From Candidatus Woykebacteria bacterium (GTDB taxonomy: Bacteria > Patescibacteriota > Microgenomatia > Woykebacterales > RBG-16-39-9b), in assembly GCA_040876265.1 (NCBI GenBank), contig JBBDPN010000001.1, positions 53,691 to 117,690 on the forward strand: 64,000 nt of DNA, in the 5' to 3' direction. The notes under the pieces are model-generated. The model had not been told where the DNA came from. It made no database searches and saw only the letters and a list, made by a program, of their open reading frames with translations. Below, piece by piece: positions 17,986 through 27,320 of the stretch (its first letter is position 1; each line of letters begins with the position of its first letter). A program made the position numbers and the translations under genes.

Positions 17986-18657
17986 ATGAAAAGTAAAAAA
18001 GGTAAACTGATTGTTTTTGAGGGGATAGATGGTTCTGGGAAAACTACGCAGCTAGATCTTTTAACAGAGTATTTACGTTCGAAAGATATTCCGTTTGAAA
18101 CTATAGACTTTCCTCGTTATTGGGATAGCTTTCATGGAAAAACGGTCGCCCGCTACCTAAAAGGCGATTTTGGCGATGTGGATGCTGTCTCTCCTTACCT
18201 AATCTCACTGGCTTATTCCTTGGATCGTGCAACTGCAAAGCGGGAGATGAACGCTTGGTTGCGAGAAGGAAAAATCGTCCTTGCCAACCGCTACGCTACC
18301 AGTAACATGGCTCATCAGGCCGCAAAGCTTCCCGAGAAAAAACGTAAAGAATTCCTCGACTGGCTACAAGAACTTGAATATAGAGTAAACAAAATACCCA
18401 AAGAGGATTTGGTAATTTACCTACATGTTCCTGTTGGTATCGCTAGGCAACTTCTGATTGGAAGGGGTAAACGCGATATTCATGAGAAAAAATTTGAATT
18501 TTTGACGCAGTCGGAAGTGATGTACAAAAAACTATCCCGCCGGTTTAAACATTGGGTAAAAATCGATTGTCTGGATAAAAAATCCGGAATTCTCCTCGCC
18601 AAAGAAGCAGTACACAAAAAAGTTTTACGGTCTCTCAAGAAGCAGAACCTTATTTAA
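17986..18657 (+). CDS. tmk: Thymidylate kinase
   Basis: IVFEGIDGSGKTTQ P-loop, FPRY, NRY..SNMAHQ. Confidence 0.93.
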   Translation: MKSKKGKLIVFEGIDGSGKTTQLDLLTEYLRSKDIPFETIDFPRYWDSFHGKTVARYLKGDFGDVDAVSPYLISLAYSLDRATAKREMNAWLREGKIVLANRYATSNMAHQAAKLPEKKRKEFLDWLQELEYRVNKIPKEDLVIYLHVPVGIARQLLIGRGKRDIHEKKFEFLTQSEVMYKKLSRRFKHWVKIDCLDKKSGILLAKEAVHKKVLRSLKKQNLI

Positions 18658-18759
18658 TCCGTCTCGTCAGGGTATTTTTCCTACTTCTCAATAGCTTTTT
18701 TATATGTAATAGTATAAGTGATGGGCAGATCAAAGAGGGCAATCCGCCATTAAAACGTA

Positions 18760-19227
18760 TTGAAATCACGCAACGCGCGTGATTTTTGCGTTTTGGGGCC
18801 CTCGTCTTCAAAGCAGGAGGGGAACAAGATCGTCATGGTGCAGTCTGTTGACGTTGCCGTCGGGGCCGTGCAGAGTATCCTAGAGGGCTTTGAACCACCA
18901 CCAGAGTCACCTCTGAAAGGCTTCAACACCGTAGGAGCCAATGGTAATGGGGTTGCTCACACACCGCCGTGGGAGGTCCCAATGCGATCCGACAGCACGG
19001 GACCGACCATCTGTGTTTCTCCAGCATGGGTCGCAGAGCTTAGGAGGTCTCTAAACGTTCGATGCTCAGAGCCGGTCGCAGCCCAGAATACAGGTTCGAG
19101 CTCAAGAATGTTCCTCGAAGTCGAACTCTCCGGCCTCCGAGACTGGGATGTCCGAGTGATGGTTCCAGCGAAACCGATGAAGAAGCGTGAGAGAGCGACG
19201 AGAAAGAGGAAAAAGGATAGGGGGTGA
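18760..19227 (+). CDS. Hypothetical protein (orphan)
   Basis: ORF with a GGAGG SD before an internal ATG near 18835; no recognisable motif. Confidence 0.4.
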   Translation: MKSRNARDFCVLGPSSSKQEGNKIVMVQSVDVAVGAVQSILEGFEPPPESPLKGFNTVGANGNGVAHTPPWEVPMRSDSTGPTICVSPAWVAELRRSLNVRCSEPVAAQNTGSSSRMFLEVELSGLRDWDVRVMVPAKPMKKRERATRKRKKDRG

Positions 19228-19378
19228 TATCTGCCTGGACGCAACCAGGTCGCCGTGTTTCAAGCCGAGTTTAGGTAAAACCGAGCTCAGCAGGGGTCGT
19301 TCTCTTGACATAGAGGATGGCCCTTCTCTCTTTTCTGCTTGCTTTTTTATAGCTAGTTTTGTTACACTACGCCCCGTT

Positions 19379-20137
19379 ATGTTGAAAATCCCAACACTTA
19401 CACAGTTACTTGAAGCCGGTGTCCATTTTGGTCACCGCTCATCTCGTTGGAACCCAAAAATGAAACCGTTCATATTCACTCAGCAAGCAGGTATCCACGT
19501 GATCGATTTGGAAAAAACAGAAAATGCCCTCAAAAAAGCAGCAGAATTTGTTAAGGAATTAGCTGAAAGAGGCGGTAACATCGTTTTTCTGGCAACCAAG
19601 AAACAAACAGCCGAAATCGTAAAGGAACAAGCTCAAAGAGTTGGCTCAATGTATATGACTAAACGCTGGTTGGGTGGTCTGCTTACCAATTTTGACGCGG
19701 TAAAAAAAACTATTGATAAACTGCCAAAGCTAGAAGAGAAGCTGGCTGATAAAGAAAGTGGCCTGACTAAAAAAGAGCAGCTGCTCATCCAAAGGGAGGC
19801 CGACAAGATGACCCGTTCGATCGGCGGAATTCGTAATTTGGCAAAACTTCCCGACGCCCTCTTTGTCATAGATTCCCGTAAGGAAGATAATGCGGTACGC
19901 GAGGCAAACAAAATGGACGTGCCGGTAATTGCTTTGGTGGATACAAATGCCGATCCCACAAAGATCGATTACCCAATCCCGGCTAATGATGACGCTATAA
20001 AAAGCGTTTCTCTACTCGTTTCGACAATCGCCGATGCATTTGAAGACGGGAAAAAATCTTGGCAAAAGAAAGAGGTCATTGCAGAGAAGAAAAGGGTCAA
20101 AGAGGAGGAAAAGGAAGCAGTCGCCCAAGCAGTCTAA
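19379..20137 (+). CDS. rpsB: 30S ribosomal protein S2
   Basis: LLEAGVHFGH, WNPKM, RWLGGLLTNF, PANDDA. Confidence 0.98.
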   Translation: MLKIPTLTQLLEAGVHFGHRSSRWNPKMKPFIFTQQAGIHVIDLEKTENALKKAAEFVKELAERGGNIVFLATKKQTAEIVKEQAQRVGSMYMTKRWLGGLLTNFDAVKKTIDKLPKLEEKLADKESGLTKKEQLLIQREADKMTRSIGGIRNLAKLPDALFVIDSRKEDNAVREANKMDVPVIALVDTNADPTKIDYPIPANDDAIKSVSLLVSTIADAFEDGKKSWQKKEVIAEKKRVKEEEKEAVAQAV

Positions 20138-20140
20138 CTT

Positions 20141-20602
20141 ATGAGTGAAATTTCCACTAAAGAGATAAAAAAATTGCGAGAACAAACTGGTGCTGGTGTG
20201 ATGGATGTGCGCGCCGCTTTGAAGAAGGCTGGCGGCGATATAGCGAAGGCTAAAGAAATTTTACGGGAAAAGGGACTTGAAAAAGCAGCCGAAAAAGCTC
20301 ATCGAGAGACAGGGCAGGGTCTAATCGAAACTTATATCCACGCTGGCGGTAAAATAGGGGCGATGATTTATGTGGCTTGCGAGACAGATTTTGTAGCTAA
20401 AACAGATGAGTTCAAAAGTTTGGCAAAAGAGGTTGCAATGCAAGTTGCTTCAATGGATCCAGCTTCCGTGGACGAACTACTCAAACAAGAATATATCCGC
20501 GATCCTTCAAGGAGAGTCAAAGATCTTGTTGCTGAAATCATCTCCAAGACCGGGGAGAATGTACAGGTAAAAAAGATTGCCAGATTTTCCCTAAGCGATT
20601 AA
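20141..20602 (+). CDS. tsf: Elongation factor Ts (short form)
   Basis: LREQTGAGVMD, CETDFVA, KTGENV. Confidence 0.95.
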   Translation: MSEISTKEIKKLREQTGAGVMDVRAALKKAGGDIAKAKEILREKGLEKAAEKAHRETGQGLIETYIHAGGKIGAMIYVACETDFVAKTDEFKSLAKEVAMQVASMDPASVDELLKQEYIRDPSRRVKDLVAEIISKTGENVQVKKIARFSLSD

Positions 20603-20632
20603 AATAGAAGCTTGGTCTTCTAATAAATTTTT

Positions 20633-21193
20633 ATGGACCCCGAACGGCTTTCCGAGGAAGTAAAAACTAAAATGCAAAAAGCCCTGGATCATTTTCGCGA
20701 GGAGCTTTCTGGAGTACGGACAGGTAGAGCCCACCCTTCCTTATTGGAAACTCTCAAAGTGGAGGCCTACGGACAGAAGAGGGACCTGCGTGATCTGGCG
20801 AGTATAAATACTCCAGAGCCTCGGCTCCTCGTTCTACAAGTTTGGGACAGGGTCAATACCGAGCCAATTGAAAAGGCGATTCGCGACTCTGACTTAGCTG
20901 TGAACCCATTGACCGAAAACAATATCATTCGCGTTCCTATCCCACCGCTTTCTGAGGAACGCAGACGGGAAATGACAAAACTTGTTCATGACAGGGCAGA
21001 AAGCGCTCGAGTAGCTATACGCCAAATAAGAAGAGAAGCGGTGGATGATGCGGGGGCAGCCGAAAAAAGGAAGGCCCTCTCGGAAGATACAGCCTTTAAG
21101 ATAAAAGAAAAAGTCCAAAAAGTCACAGAAGAGTTTACTAAGCAAGTAGATGAGACAGCAAAAAGTAAAGAAAATGAAATCCTCCAGATTTAG
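20633..21193 (+). CDS. frr: Ribosome recycling factor
   Basis: RTGRAHP, IPPLSEERR, RVAIRQIRR. Confidence 0.96.
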   Translation: MDPERLSEEVKTKMQKALDHFREELSGVRTGRAHPSLLETLKVEAYGQKRDLRDLASINTPEPRLLVLQVWDRVNTEPIEKAIRDSDLAVNPLTENNIIRVPIPPLSEERRREMTKLVHDRAESARVAIRQIRREAVDDAGAAEKRKALSEDTAFKIKEKVQKVTEEFTKQVDETAKSKENEILQI

Positions 21194-21256
21194 TTTTAAG
21201 CCGTAAGCTCTAAGTTTTAAGAAAAGCTAAATCTTACAACTTAAATCTTATAACTT

Positions 21257-22399
21257 ATGACTATCGTACTTGCGATTATCTTCGGAATATTGCTTCTTGG
21301 GTTCCTTATTTTTGTTCATGAAGCAGGCCATTTTTTCTCGGCCAAGTTTTTCAATGTCAAAGTAGAGGAATTTGGCTTTGGTTTTCCACCCAGAATTTGG
21401 GGTAAAAAGAAAGGAGAAACAATTTACTCAATAAACGCAATTCCAGCTGGTGGGTTTGTCCGTTTGTTTGGTGAAGATGGCGATAAGACAAATCAGCCAA
21501 GGAGTTTCTCAGCCAAAGGACCTTGGGTAAGAGCTGCAATAATAGTTGCAGGGGTAGTGATGAACTTACTAATCGCTTTTCTCCTTTTCACAGCGCTGCT
21601 GGCTTCAAATGGTTTCCGCACTGATATCCCACTTTCCATTCCCACTAGCGGCCAAACACTGAACATAGATTTCCCGTTTGGCCAGCAGGAAAACAAAGCT
21701 ATGGTCTCATTTATTTTTGCTGATAGTCCAGCCGAAAAATCTCGGCTACAAAGTCTTGATGAGGTAATAGCCGTGAACGGAGAGGACGTCTCTTCAATAG
21801 CCCAACTGCAACAGATCGTCAAAACTAGCGAGGGGGAGGAATTGGATTTTCAAGTTTACAACTTGTTGGACCGTAGCACCAGAAACGTGGAGGTAATACC
21901 AGAGAAAAATTCAGAGGGAGACGTGGTTATTGGGGTAAGCCTGGATGCAGTAAAGCAAATTCGCTACTCGAGGCCTCTCGATAAAATTTTTGTCGGGCCT
22001 TTTCACTCCACCAATATGCTAATTTACCAAGGAACAGCTGTTTGGTCGCTATTCTCAAAAGCCTTTGAGGAAGGATCGGCGCAGCCGGTGACTACGACGG
22101 TTTCGGGTCCAGTTGGTATTGCTGCCTTGCTTGGGACTTTTGTCGGGGTGACTGGTATTCGCGGTGTTTGGGTGCTGGTAGAAACTATAGCCTTGATCAG
22201 TCTGATTTTGGCGGTGATTAATGTTTTGCCGATACCAGCTCTGGATGGTGGACGGCTTTTCTTCAGTGTGATTGAGGGCTTGACTGGGAAAAAAGTTAAC
22301 CCAAACATTGAGCGGCTCATCCACACCACTGGTTTTGCGGTTTTGATCGTGCTCTTTTTGCTGATAACCTACAACGACATCTCAAAATTTTTTAGCTAA
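21257..22399 (+). CDS. rseP: RseP-like site-2 protease (M50) with PDZ domain
   Basis: HEAGH, GFGFPP, PAGGFV, NVLPIPALDGG. Confidence 0.92.
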   Translation: MTIVLAIIFGILLLGFLIFVHEAGHFFSAKFFNVKVEEFGFGFPPRIWGKKKGETIYSINAIPAGGFVRLFGEDGDKTNQPRSFSAKGPWVRAAIIVAGVVMNLLIAFLLFTALLASNGFRTDIPLSIPTSGQTLNIDFPFGQQENKAMVSFIFADSPAEKSRLQSLDEVIAVNGEDVSSIAQLQQIVKTSEGEELDFQVYNLLDRSTRNVEVIPEKNSEGDVVIGVSLDAVKQIRYSRPLDKIFVGPFHSTNMLIYQGTAVWSLFSKAFEEGSAQPVTTTVSGPVGIAALLGTFVGVTGIRGVWVLVETIALISLILAVINVLPIPALDGGRLFFSVIEGLTGKKVNPNIERLIHTTGFAVLIVLFLLITYNDISKFFS

Positions 22400-22448
22400 C
22401 ACCTTTTGCTTGACTAGCCTGCTGGTTGCCGCTAAACTCTGTTAAGTT

Positions 22449-23684
22449 ATGCGCTACTCCAAACTCTTTGGAAAGTCGTCTCGAAACGCTCCGAAAGAAG
22501 CCGAAAGCACCTCACACAAACTTTTGGCAAAAGGTGGCTTTATAGACCAACTTGCTGCTGGTATTTACACGTTCTTACCGCTTGGTTGGCGGACCCATCA
22601 AAAAATTGCAAATATTATCCGGGAAGAAATCGACGCCATTGGCGGTCAAGAATTTCAAATGTCGGTTCTGCAGCCAAAAGCGCTCTGGCAAGAAACTGGC
22701 CGGTGGAAGAGCATTGATCCACCACTATTTGTTGCCAAAGACCGCCACGAAAAGGAATATGCTCTTGGTCCAACCCACGAAGAAGTTATTACCGATTTGG
22801 CTCGCCGGTTTGTGAAGAGTTACAAAGATCTTCCGTTTGCCGCTTACCAGATCCAAGATAAATTCCGCAACGAACTACGGGCTACCGGAGGTTTGCTGCG
22901 CACACGAGAGTTTTTCATGAAGGATCTTTACTCGTTTCACGCGGAGAAATCCGATTTTCTAGAATACTTCAAAAAAGCAATCGAAGCTTATACGAAAATA
23001 TTTGACCGTGTTGGTCTCAAAACCCTGGTTTCCCAGGCCAGTAGCGGTAGCATTGGCGGGGATGTGACATATGAGTTTCAAGTGCCGGCCTCTGTTGGGG
23101 AAGACTTGGTTTACTTTTGCAAGTCCTGCGGTTACGCAGTAAACAAAGAATTGGTGGTGGAGAAGGATATAAAGGATAAATGTCCACAGTGTGGTGCGAA
23201 GCTAGATAGCACTAGCGCTATTGAAGCCGGTCAGGTTTTTTCACTAGGCACAAAGTACTCGAAGGATATGGGGGCTACCTTTACTGATAAAGACGGGAAA
23301 GAAAGGCCACTTATCATGGGGTGTTACGGTATCGGCATCGGTAGATTGATGGCGACGATAGTTGAGGTTTCTCATGACGAGGTTGGGATAATCTGGCCAG
23401 AAAATGTCGCGCCATATCAAATCCATTTGTTAGGTCTTGGAGAGCAGAAAGCAGTGAGTAGTAAGGCAGAAGAAATTTACGAAAAACTATCCAAAAAGGG
23501 CAAAGAGGTATTGTATGATGATCGAGATGAAAGTCCCGGGGTTAAACTCTCTGACGCTGATTTGATCGGAATACCACAGCGGTGGGTCATTTCCGAAAAA
23601 ACTCTAGAGAAAGATTCAGTTGAAATCAAAAAAAGAAACGAAAAGGTCGCCAAACTAGTTAAATTCTCCTCAATTACTAATTAA
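22449..23684 (+). CDS. proS: Proline--tRNA ligase
   Basis: GPTHEE, KFRNE, LLRTREFFMKDLYSF, MGCYGIG, DADLIGIP. Confidence 0.97.
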   Translation: MRYSKLFGKSSRNAPKEAESTSHKLLAKGGFIDQLAAGIYTFLPLGWRTHQKIANIIREEIDAIGGQEFQMSVLQPKALWQETGRWKSIDPPLFVAKDRHEKEYALGPTHEEVITDLARRFVKSYKDLPFAAYQIQDKFRNELRATGGLLRTREFFMKDLYSFHAEKSDFLEYFKKAIEAYTKIFDRVGLKTLVSQASSGSIGGDVTYEFQVPASVGEDLVYFCKSCGYAVNKELVVEKDIKDKCPQCGAKLDSTSAIEAGQVFSLGTKYSKDMGATFTDKDGKERPLIMGCYGIGIGRLMATIVEVSHDEVGIIWPENVAPYQIHLLGLGEQKAVSSKAEEIYEKLSKKGKEVLYDDRDESPGVKLSDADLIGIPQRWVISEKTLEKDSVEIKKRNEKVAKLVKFSSITN

Positions 23685-23723
23685 ATAAAACGTTGCCCCG
23701 TTCTTAGGTGAGAAATAACTAGA

Positions 23724-23759
23724 TTGACTAATTACTAATATACTAGTATATTAGTAATT
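23724..23759 (+). promoter_or_regulatory. Promoter overlapped by a perfect 30-bp palindromic operator
   Basis: TTGACT-17-TATATT; AATTACTAATATACTAGTATATTAGTAATT (23730-23759) is its own reverse complement. Confidence 0.75.
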
Positions 23760-23762
23760 GAT

Positions 23763-24179
23763 ATGCCAAGGGTGTCGAGGCAAGTGTTGGGAAAGACTAT
23801 CTGGGATAAAATCCAAGCTAATTTAATAGAAGTGTTGGCAACCTTTGATGAGGAGGCTTTTGTTGAATTTTTGCCTGAATTTCTTACTAAAGAAGAGATG
23901 GCCATGATTTCAAAAAGACTTGCTCTTTATCTAATGTTGATGGGGGGATATTCAGATACAGAAATTAAAGAATTCCTTATGGTAAGCTACGAGACTATAA
24001 GAACCTCAAGGAATTCATTGGGAGCAAAGAATCCAAGATTTAAAGAAATATTACGTCACTGGATCGAAAAGCCGGTAAGATCAAAAGAACCTAGCGGTTT
24101 TTTGAAAATGGTTGAGCTTGCTTTGGAAGCAAAGTCGAGTAGGAAGTCTAGGGCGAAACTCCTCTCCGGAGATTATTAA
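23763..24179 (+). CDS. TrpR-like (YerC/YecD) transcriptional regulator
   Basis: FLTKEE..ISKRL..GYSDTEIKEFLMVSYETI HTH pattern. Confidence 0.75.
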   Translation: MPRVSRQVLGKTIWDKIQANLIEVLATFDEEAFVEFLPEFLTKEEMAMISKRLALYLMLMGGYSDTEIKEFLMVSYETIRTSRNSLGAKNPRFKEILRHWIEKPVRSKEPSGFLKMVELALEAKSSRKSRAKLLSGDY

Positions 24180-24194
24180 TGTTAAAATTAATTT

Positions 24195-24380
24195 GTGAAA
24201 TTTAATCAGGTGACTTGGTATTCAAAACTAGCGGCTTTGATACTTTTTATTACACTGCCTTTTATTGGTTTCTGCGGTGGGGTTTGGTACCAAAAATCTG
24301 TATTCCCACCGCAAACTAAAATAATAGAGATCCAACAGCCGCCAGAGACCTCCACAGGTTCGGCACTTCCAAATGAGTGA
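24195..24380 (+). CDS. Small membrane protein
   Basis: VTWYSKLAALILFITLPFIGF TM segment. Confidence 0.6.
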   Translation: MKFNQVTWYSKLAALILFITLPFIGFCGGVWYQKSVFPPQTKIIEIQQPPETSTGSALPNE

Positions 24381-24383
24381 TTG

Positions 24384-24791
24384 CTAAAAGTTCGAATCGG
24401 CCAGAAACAGATCTTCTCGGAGTTTAAAACCCATTTTTTGAAAAAAGGAAAGCGAGTGACCGTTGTTTTTGTGGATGCGTGCAAAAACCTGCGTAATATC
24501 CGCCTTGCTAAATCGTGAAAGAAGTTCTTTGACCAGAGCCGCTCCCACACCTTTGTTTTGAAACTCTTTGGCCACCGCGGCTCTATAAACGTACCCAAAA
24601 AGCCCACCGTCATGAGAACCAAAGACAGTTCCGACTAGTTTTCCATTACTCTCCGCTACTAGATAAAATCCCTTGTTTCTGACGAGCATCTTGGCGAAAG
24701 CTTCTTTCGAAAAATCGGTCAAAAGTTTTTGGCCCCTGAGAAGCTGTGTGATTTGTTCGTAGTCGGCCAGTTGCGTTTCGCGGATTTTCAT
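24384..24791 (-). CDS. GNAT acetyltransferase
   Basis: AVAKEFQNKGVG acetyl-CoA motif; N..SLSFFQKMGF. Confidence 0.9.
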   Translation of the reverse strand: MKIRETQLADYEQITQLLRGQKLLTDFSKEAFAKMLVRNKGFYLVAESNGKLVGTVFGSHDGGLFGYVYRAAVAKEFQNKGVGAALVKELLSRFSKADITQVFARIHKNNGHSLSFFQKMGFKLREDLFLADSNF

Positions 24792-24892
24792 TGAGGATCA
24801 GTATATTAACTAATCTTATCAAAAAAATCAATTGCCCGTTTCTTTTTTGTGCTAAAATTAGTTCCCAGACCAAGTGAAGAAGGGAGCCACGA

Positions 24893-25081
24893 TTGCGTAA
24901 AGGAAGGCGCGGTTCAAGAAGCACTGGTAAGGACAGAAAGCCGGTAGTGAGGGGGAACAGACAAGCGCGGCGCGACCGAAAGACAACACGAAAAGCAGCT
25001 AGGGAGCAGCGTACTGCTCAAGCCCGGCCCTTAAAGGCAAAAGCCAGCAAGCTCTGGAAAAGAATTAATGGAGGATTATGA
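24893..25081 (+). CDS. Small, very basic hypothetical protein
   Basis: R/K-rich ORF with an AGGGAG SD and TTG start. Confidence 0.35.
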   Translation: MRKGRRGSRSTGKDRKPVVRGNRQARRDRKTTRKAAREQRTAQARPLKAKASKLWKRINGGL

Positions 25082-25176
25082 TCTTTCCGCCTTCAGTGCA
25101 GGTCGTGAGGGGTCCATGTGCTAAGGTAGGTGGATGTCCAGGTATGATGGTAGAGCAGATCCATGGAGGAGGCAAG

Positions 25177-25407
25177 ATGTCTGTCATAACGCAGCAGAAG
25201 TGCGTCGCGATGATCTTCCTGGCGATCGTACTCTTCATCGCTGGTGTGCTGGGGATCATCGCATCTGCTGATCAGATGAACGGTACCGACGATCCGACTG
25301 AGAGGGGCATCTACGCCGCCGTCTTCGTCGGTTCACTAGCGATCGGAGTGCTAGGAGGGATGTGGGTCGCATACAACAACGCCCGTCGTTTGTTCGAGCG
25401 CTCCTAG
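25177..25407 (+). CDS. Small two-TM hypothetical protein
   Basis: GGAGGAGG SD before ATG 25177; two hydrophobic helices. Confidence 0.55.
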   Translation: MSVITQQKCVAMIFLAIVLFIAGVLGIIASADQMNGTDDPTERGIYAAVFVGSLAIGVLGGMWVAYNNARRLFERS

Positions 25408-25482
25408 ACTCGTAGCAGACAGTTTGGGCTAAACCACGTCCTAGTGGTCTACGTATAAATGTGACGATTCCTACTCTGCATC

Positions 25483-25534
25483 GCTGCCGGTGGATTGGCT
25501 GGCCCCCTCATCCACCGGCAGCCTTTTCTTTTTT
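25483..25534 (+). terminator. Intrinsic terminator
   Basis: gctgccggtggat..atccaccggcagc stem with a T-rich tail. Confidence 0.75.
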
Positions 25535-25548
25535 GATAAAATCTTCTT

Positions 25549-26232
25549 ATGTTCCAACAAAAGATAAGTTTCAAAAATTCACTGGGGTTAACTTTGGCGG
25601 CTCTTCTTGAGGGAGAAAGAAGAGATGTACCAGTAGTTGTGATGTGTCACGGTTATGGCAGTTCAAAGAACAGCACTTCTACTACTGGTTTGTCCAGCGA
25701 ACTTGTAAAAAAGGGGATAACCACTTTCCGGTTTGATTTTACCGGTTGTGGGCAGTCGGAAGGGAAACTAGCCGATTTGGTCCCGTCCCAAGGCCTGGAT
25801 GATTTAAAGAGCGCAATTTCTCACATGGGTTTTGGCGATTTTGCTCTTTACGGTTCTAGCTTTGGCGGTCACGTTTCCATTTGGTACGCGTCCAAAGATC
25901 CTGTTCTCGCTCTCGCCCTCAAAGCTCCAGTCTCCGATTATGCAGACGTCGTCTCCGAAGAAATTAGCGACAGGCGAAAAAAGTTTATTGAAGATACTAG
26001 GGATTTGGATCTTTACGAAAAAGCAAAGAATATTAAAAGTCCGGTTCTTATTCTTCACGGTGACGCCGACGATGTAGTTCCAATAGGGCAGAGTAAAAAG
26101 CTGATAAAACATATTGGTGGGGAAGCAAAACTTGAGGTCCTACGGGGCACAAGTCACGATATCCGAGACGAAAATCTGGAACTTATGCAAGATGCGATGG
26201 CTGCGTTCTTCGCCAAAAATTTACTGCCCTAA
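25549..26232 (+). CDS. Alpha/beta hydrolase
   Basis: CHGYGS, FDFTGCGQSEG, GSSFGG nucleophile elbow, HGDADDVVP, terminal His. Confidence 0.9.
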   Translation: MFQQKISFKNSLGLTLAALLEGERRDVPVVVMCHGYGSSKNSTSTTGLSSELVKKGITTFRFDFTGCGQSEGKLADLVPSQGLDDLKSAISHMGFGDFALYGSSFGGHVSIWYASKDPVLALALKAPVSDYADVVSEEISDRRKKFIEDTRDLDLYEKAKNIKSPVLILHGDADDVVPIGQSKKLIKHIGGEAKLEVLRGTSHDIRDENLELMQDAMAAFFAKNLLP

Positions 26233-26270
26233 CAACCCTAACAACCAGTGACAAGGCCTGGCCTTGTCAG

Positions 26271-26621
26271 TTACTTTTTGAGTTGACGTAAACGGGCATC
26301 GGAGATGCCAAAGTGATGGGCGATTTCGTGTTGGACAGTATCGATCACGATATTTTTTATTGTTTCTGGATTTCCTCTGGCCAACAATTCAATCGGACCC
26401 TTAAAAACTGTTATTTTATCCGGTAAAACCATAGTGTAGCCACCGCTACGCCTAGTTTTCGGCACGCCTTGATAAAGACCAAGTAACAATCTGCCTCTGG
26501 AATAGTATTGATTTGGCCACTCTTCGATCACGACCTCCACGTTTTCCAACTTCTCCTCGAAAAATTTAGGTAAATCTTCCAGAGCGCTACTCACAAGTTG
26601 TTCAAATTCAAGACTATCCAT
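26271..26621 (-). CDS. Zincin-like metallopeptidase
   Basis: LLGLYQGVP, LPDKITVF, HEIAHHFGISD. Confidence 0.88.
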   Translation of the reverse strand: MDSLEFEQLVSSALEDLPKFFEEKLENVEVVIEEWPNQYYSRGRLLLGLYQGVPKTRRSGGYTMVLPDKITVFKGPIELLARGNPETIKNIVIDTVQHEIAHHFGISDARLRQLKK

Positions 26622-26725
26622 AAGTAAAAGAATCTTATCAATATAGGCGCTCTTTTCGCAAACTACCACTTAAGCGGGCTTTCGCTTCTCTGGTATAATT
26701 CCGTCAACAAATAATAGGAGGGGAC

Positions 26726-26923
26726 ATGGATCTAGCGTGGGATTGTCCTGGTTGCGGTCGTGAGGGTAGGTTCTACATCAAGGTCGGTGCCAACACTAAG
26801 GAGGTTGGGGAAGCTGTCCTAGAGGATCACCGGCGAAAATCCCCAAAGTGTGAGGTTTTCGAAGCGCAATTCGATCCTTACGTTGATCACGCTAAGCAGC
26901 TGGCAACTCAGAACAAAAACTAA
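26726..26923 (+). CDS. Small putative zinc-finger protein
   Basis: Strong SD; CPGC ... H..SPKC. Confidence 0.5.
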   Translation: MDLAWDCPGCGREGRFYIKVGANTKEVGEAVLEDHRRKSPKCEVFEAQFDPYVDHAKQLATQNKN

Positions 26924-26941
26924 GCCAGTAGTCAAAGATGA

Positions 26942-27214
26942 TTGAGAGGTGAAAAGTTGATTGGGCAAACTCCACTGACCGTCGAGATACCGTTTTACTG
27001 CCCAGAGTGTGGTATCGGGTCGGAGTTTTCTTACAGCGGGCTACTGGATGAGTTGGATCCGGAGAGCCTCAAGGCTGTGATCCTCGATCTCTTCTCCGAG
27101 CAAGGGTTCCGCTGCTTTGGGGACGTGGAGGTTGAGTTCCCAACCGAAATCCGGATGCGGGGCGATCCTGGCTACCATTACAACTATCAGCCAGGGTGCC
27201 AGCGGCAGAACTGA
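26942..27214 (+). CDS. Small CxxC hypothetical protein
   Basis: CPEC motif; start uncertain. Confidence 0.4.
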   Translation: MRGEKLIGQTPLTVEIPFYCPECGIGSEFSYSGLLDELDPESLKAVILDLFSEQGFRCFGDVEVEFPTEIRMRGDPGYHYNYQPGCQRQN

Positions 27215-27320
27215 TAGGCTCGAGAGGGATCAACACGCGTATACACGGCTCTCGTCAGATCCTCTGACGAGAGCTCCTTCTCACTTGCTTTTACTTGACT
27301 GCAAAAGTTAAAATCTTTTG

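Noticed and set aside
19187-19378. N-terminal extensions of rpsB, tmk, dprA and mfd in the ORF track
   Set aside because: Homology begins at downstream ATGs, most of them just after -10-like hexamers. The extensions look like longest-ORF artefacts.
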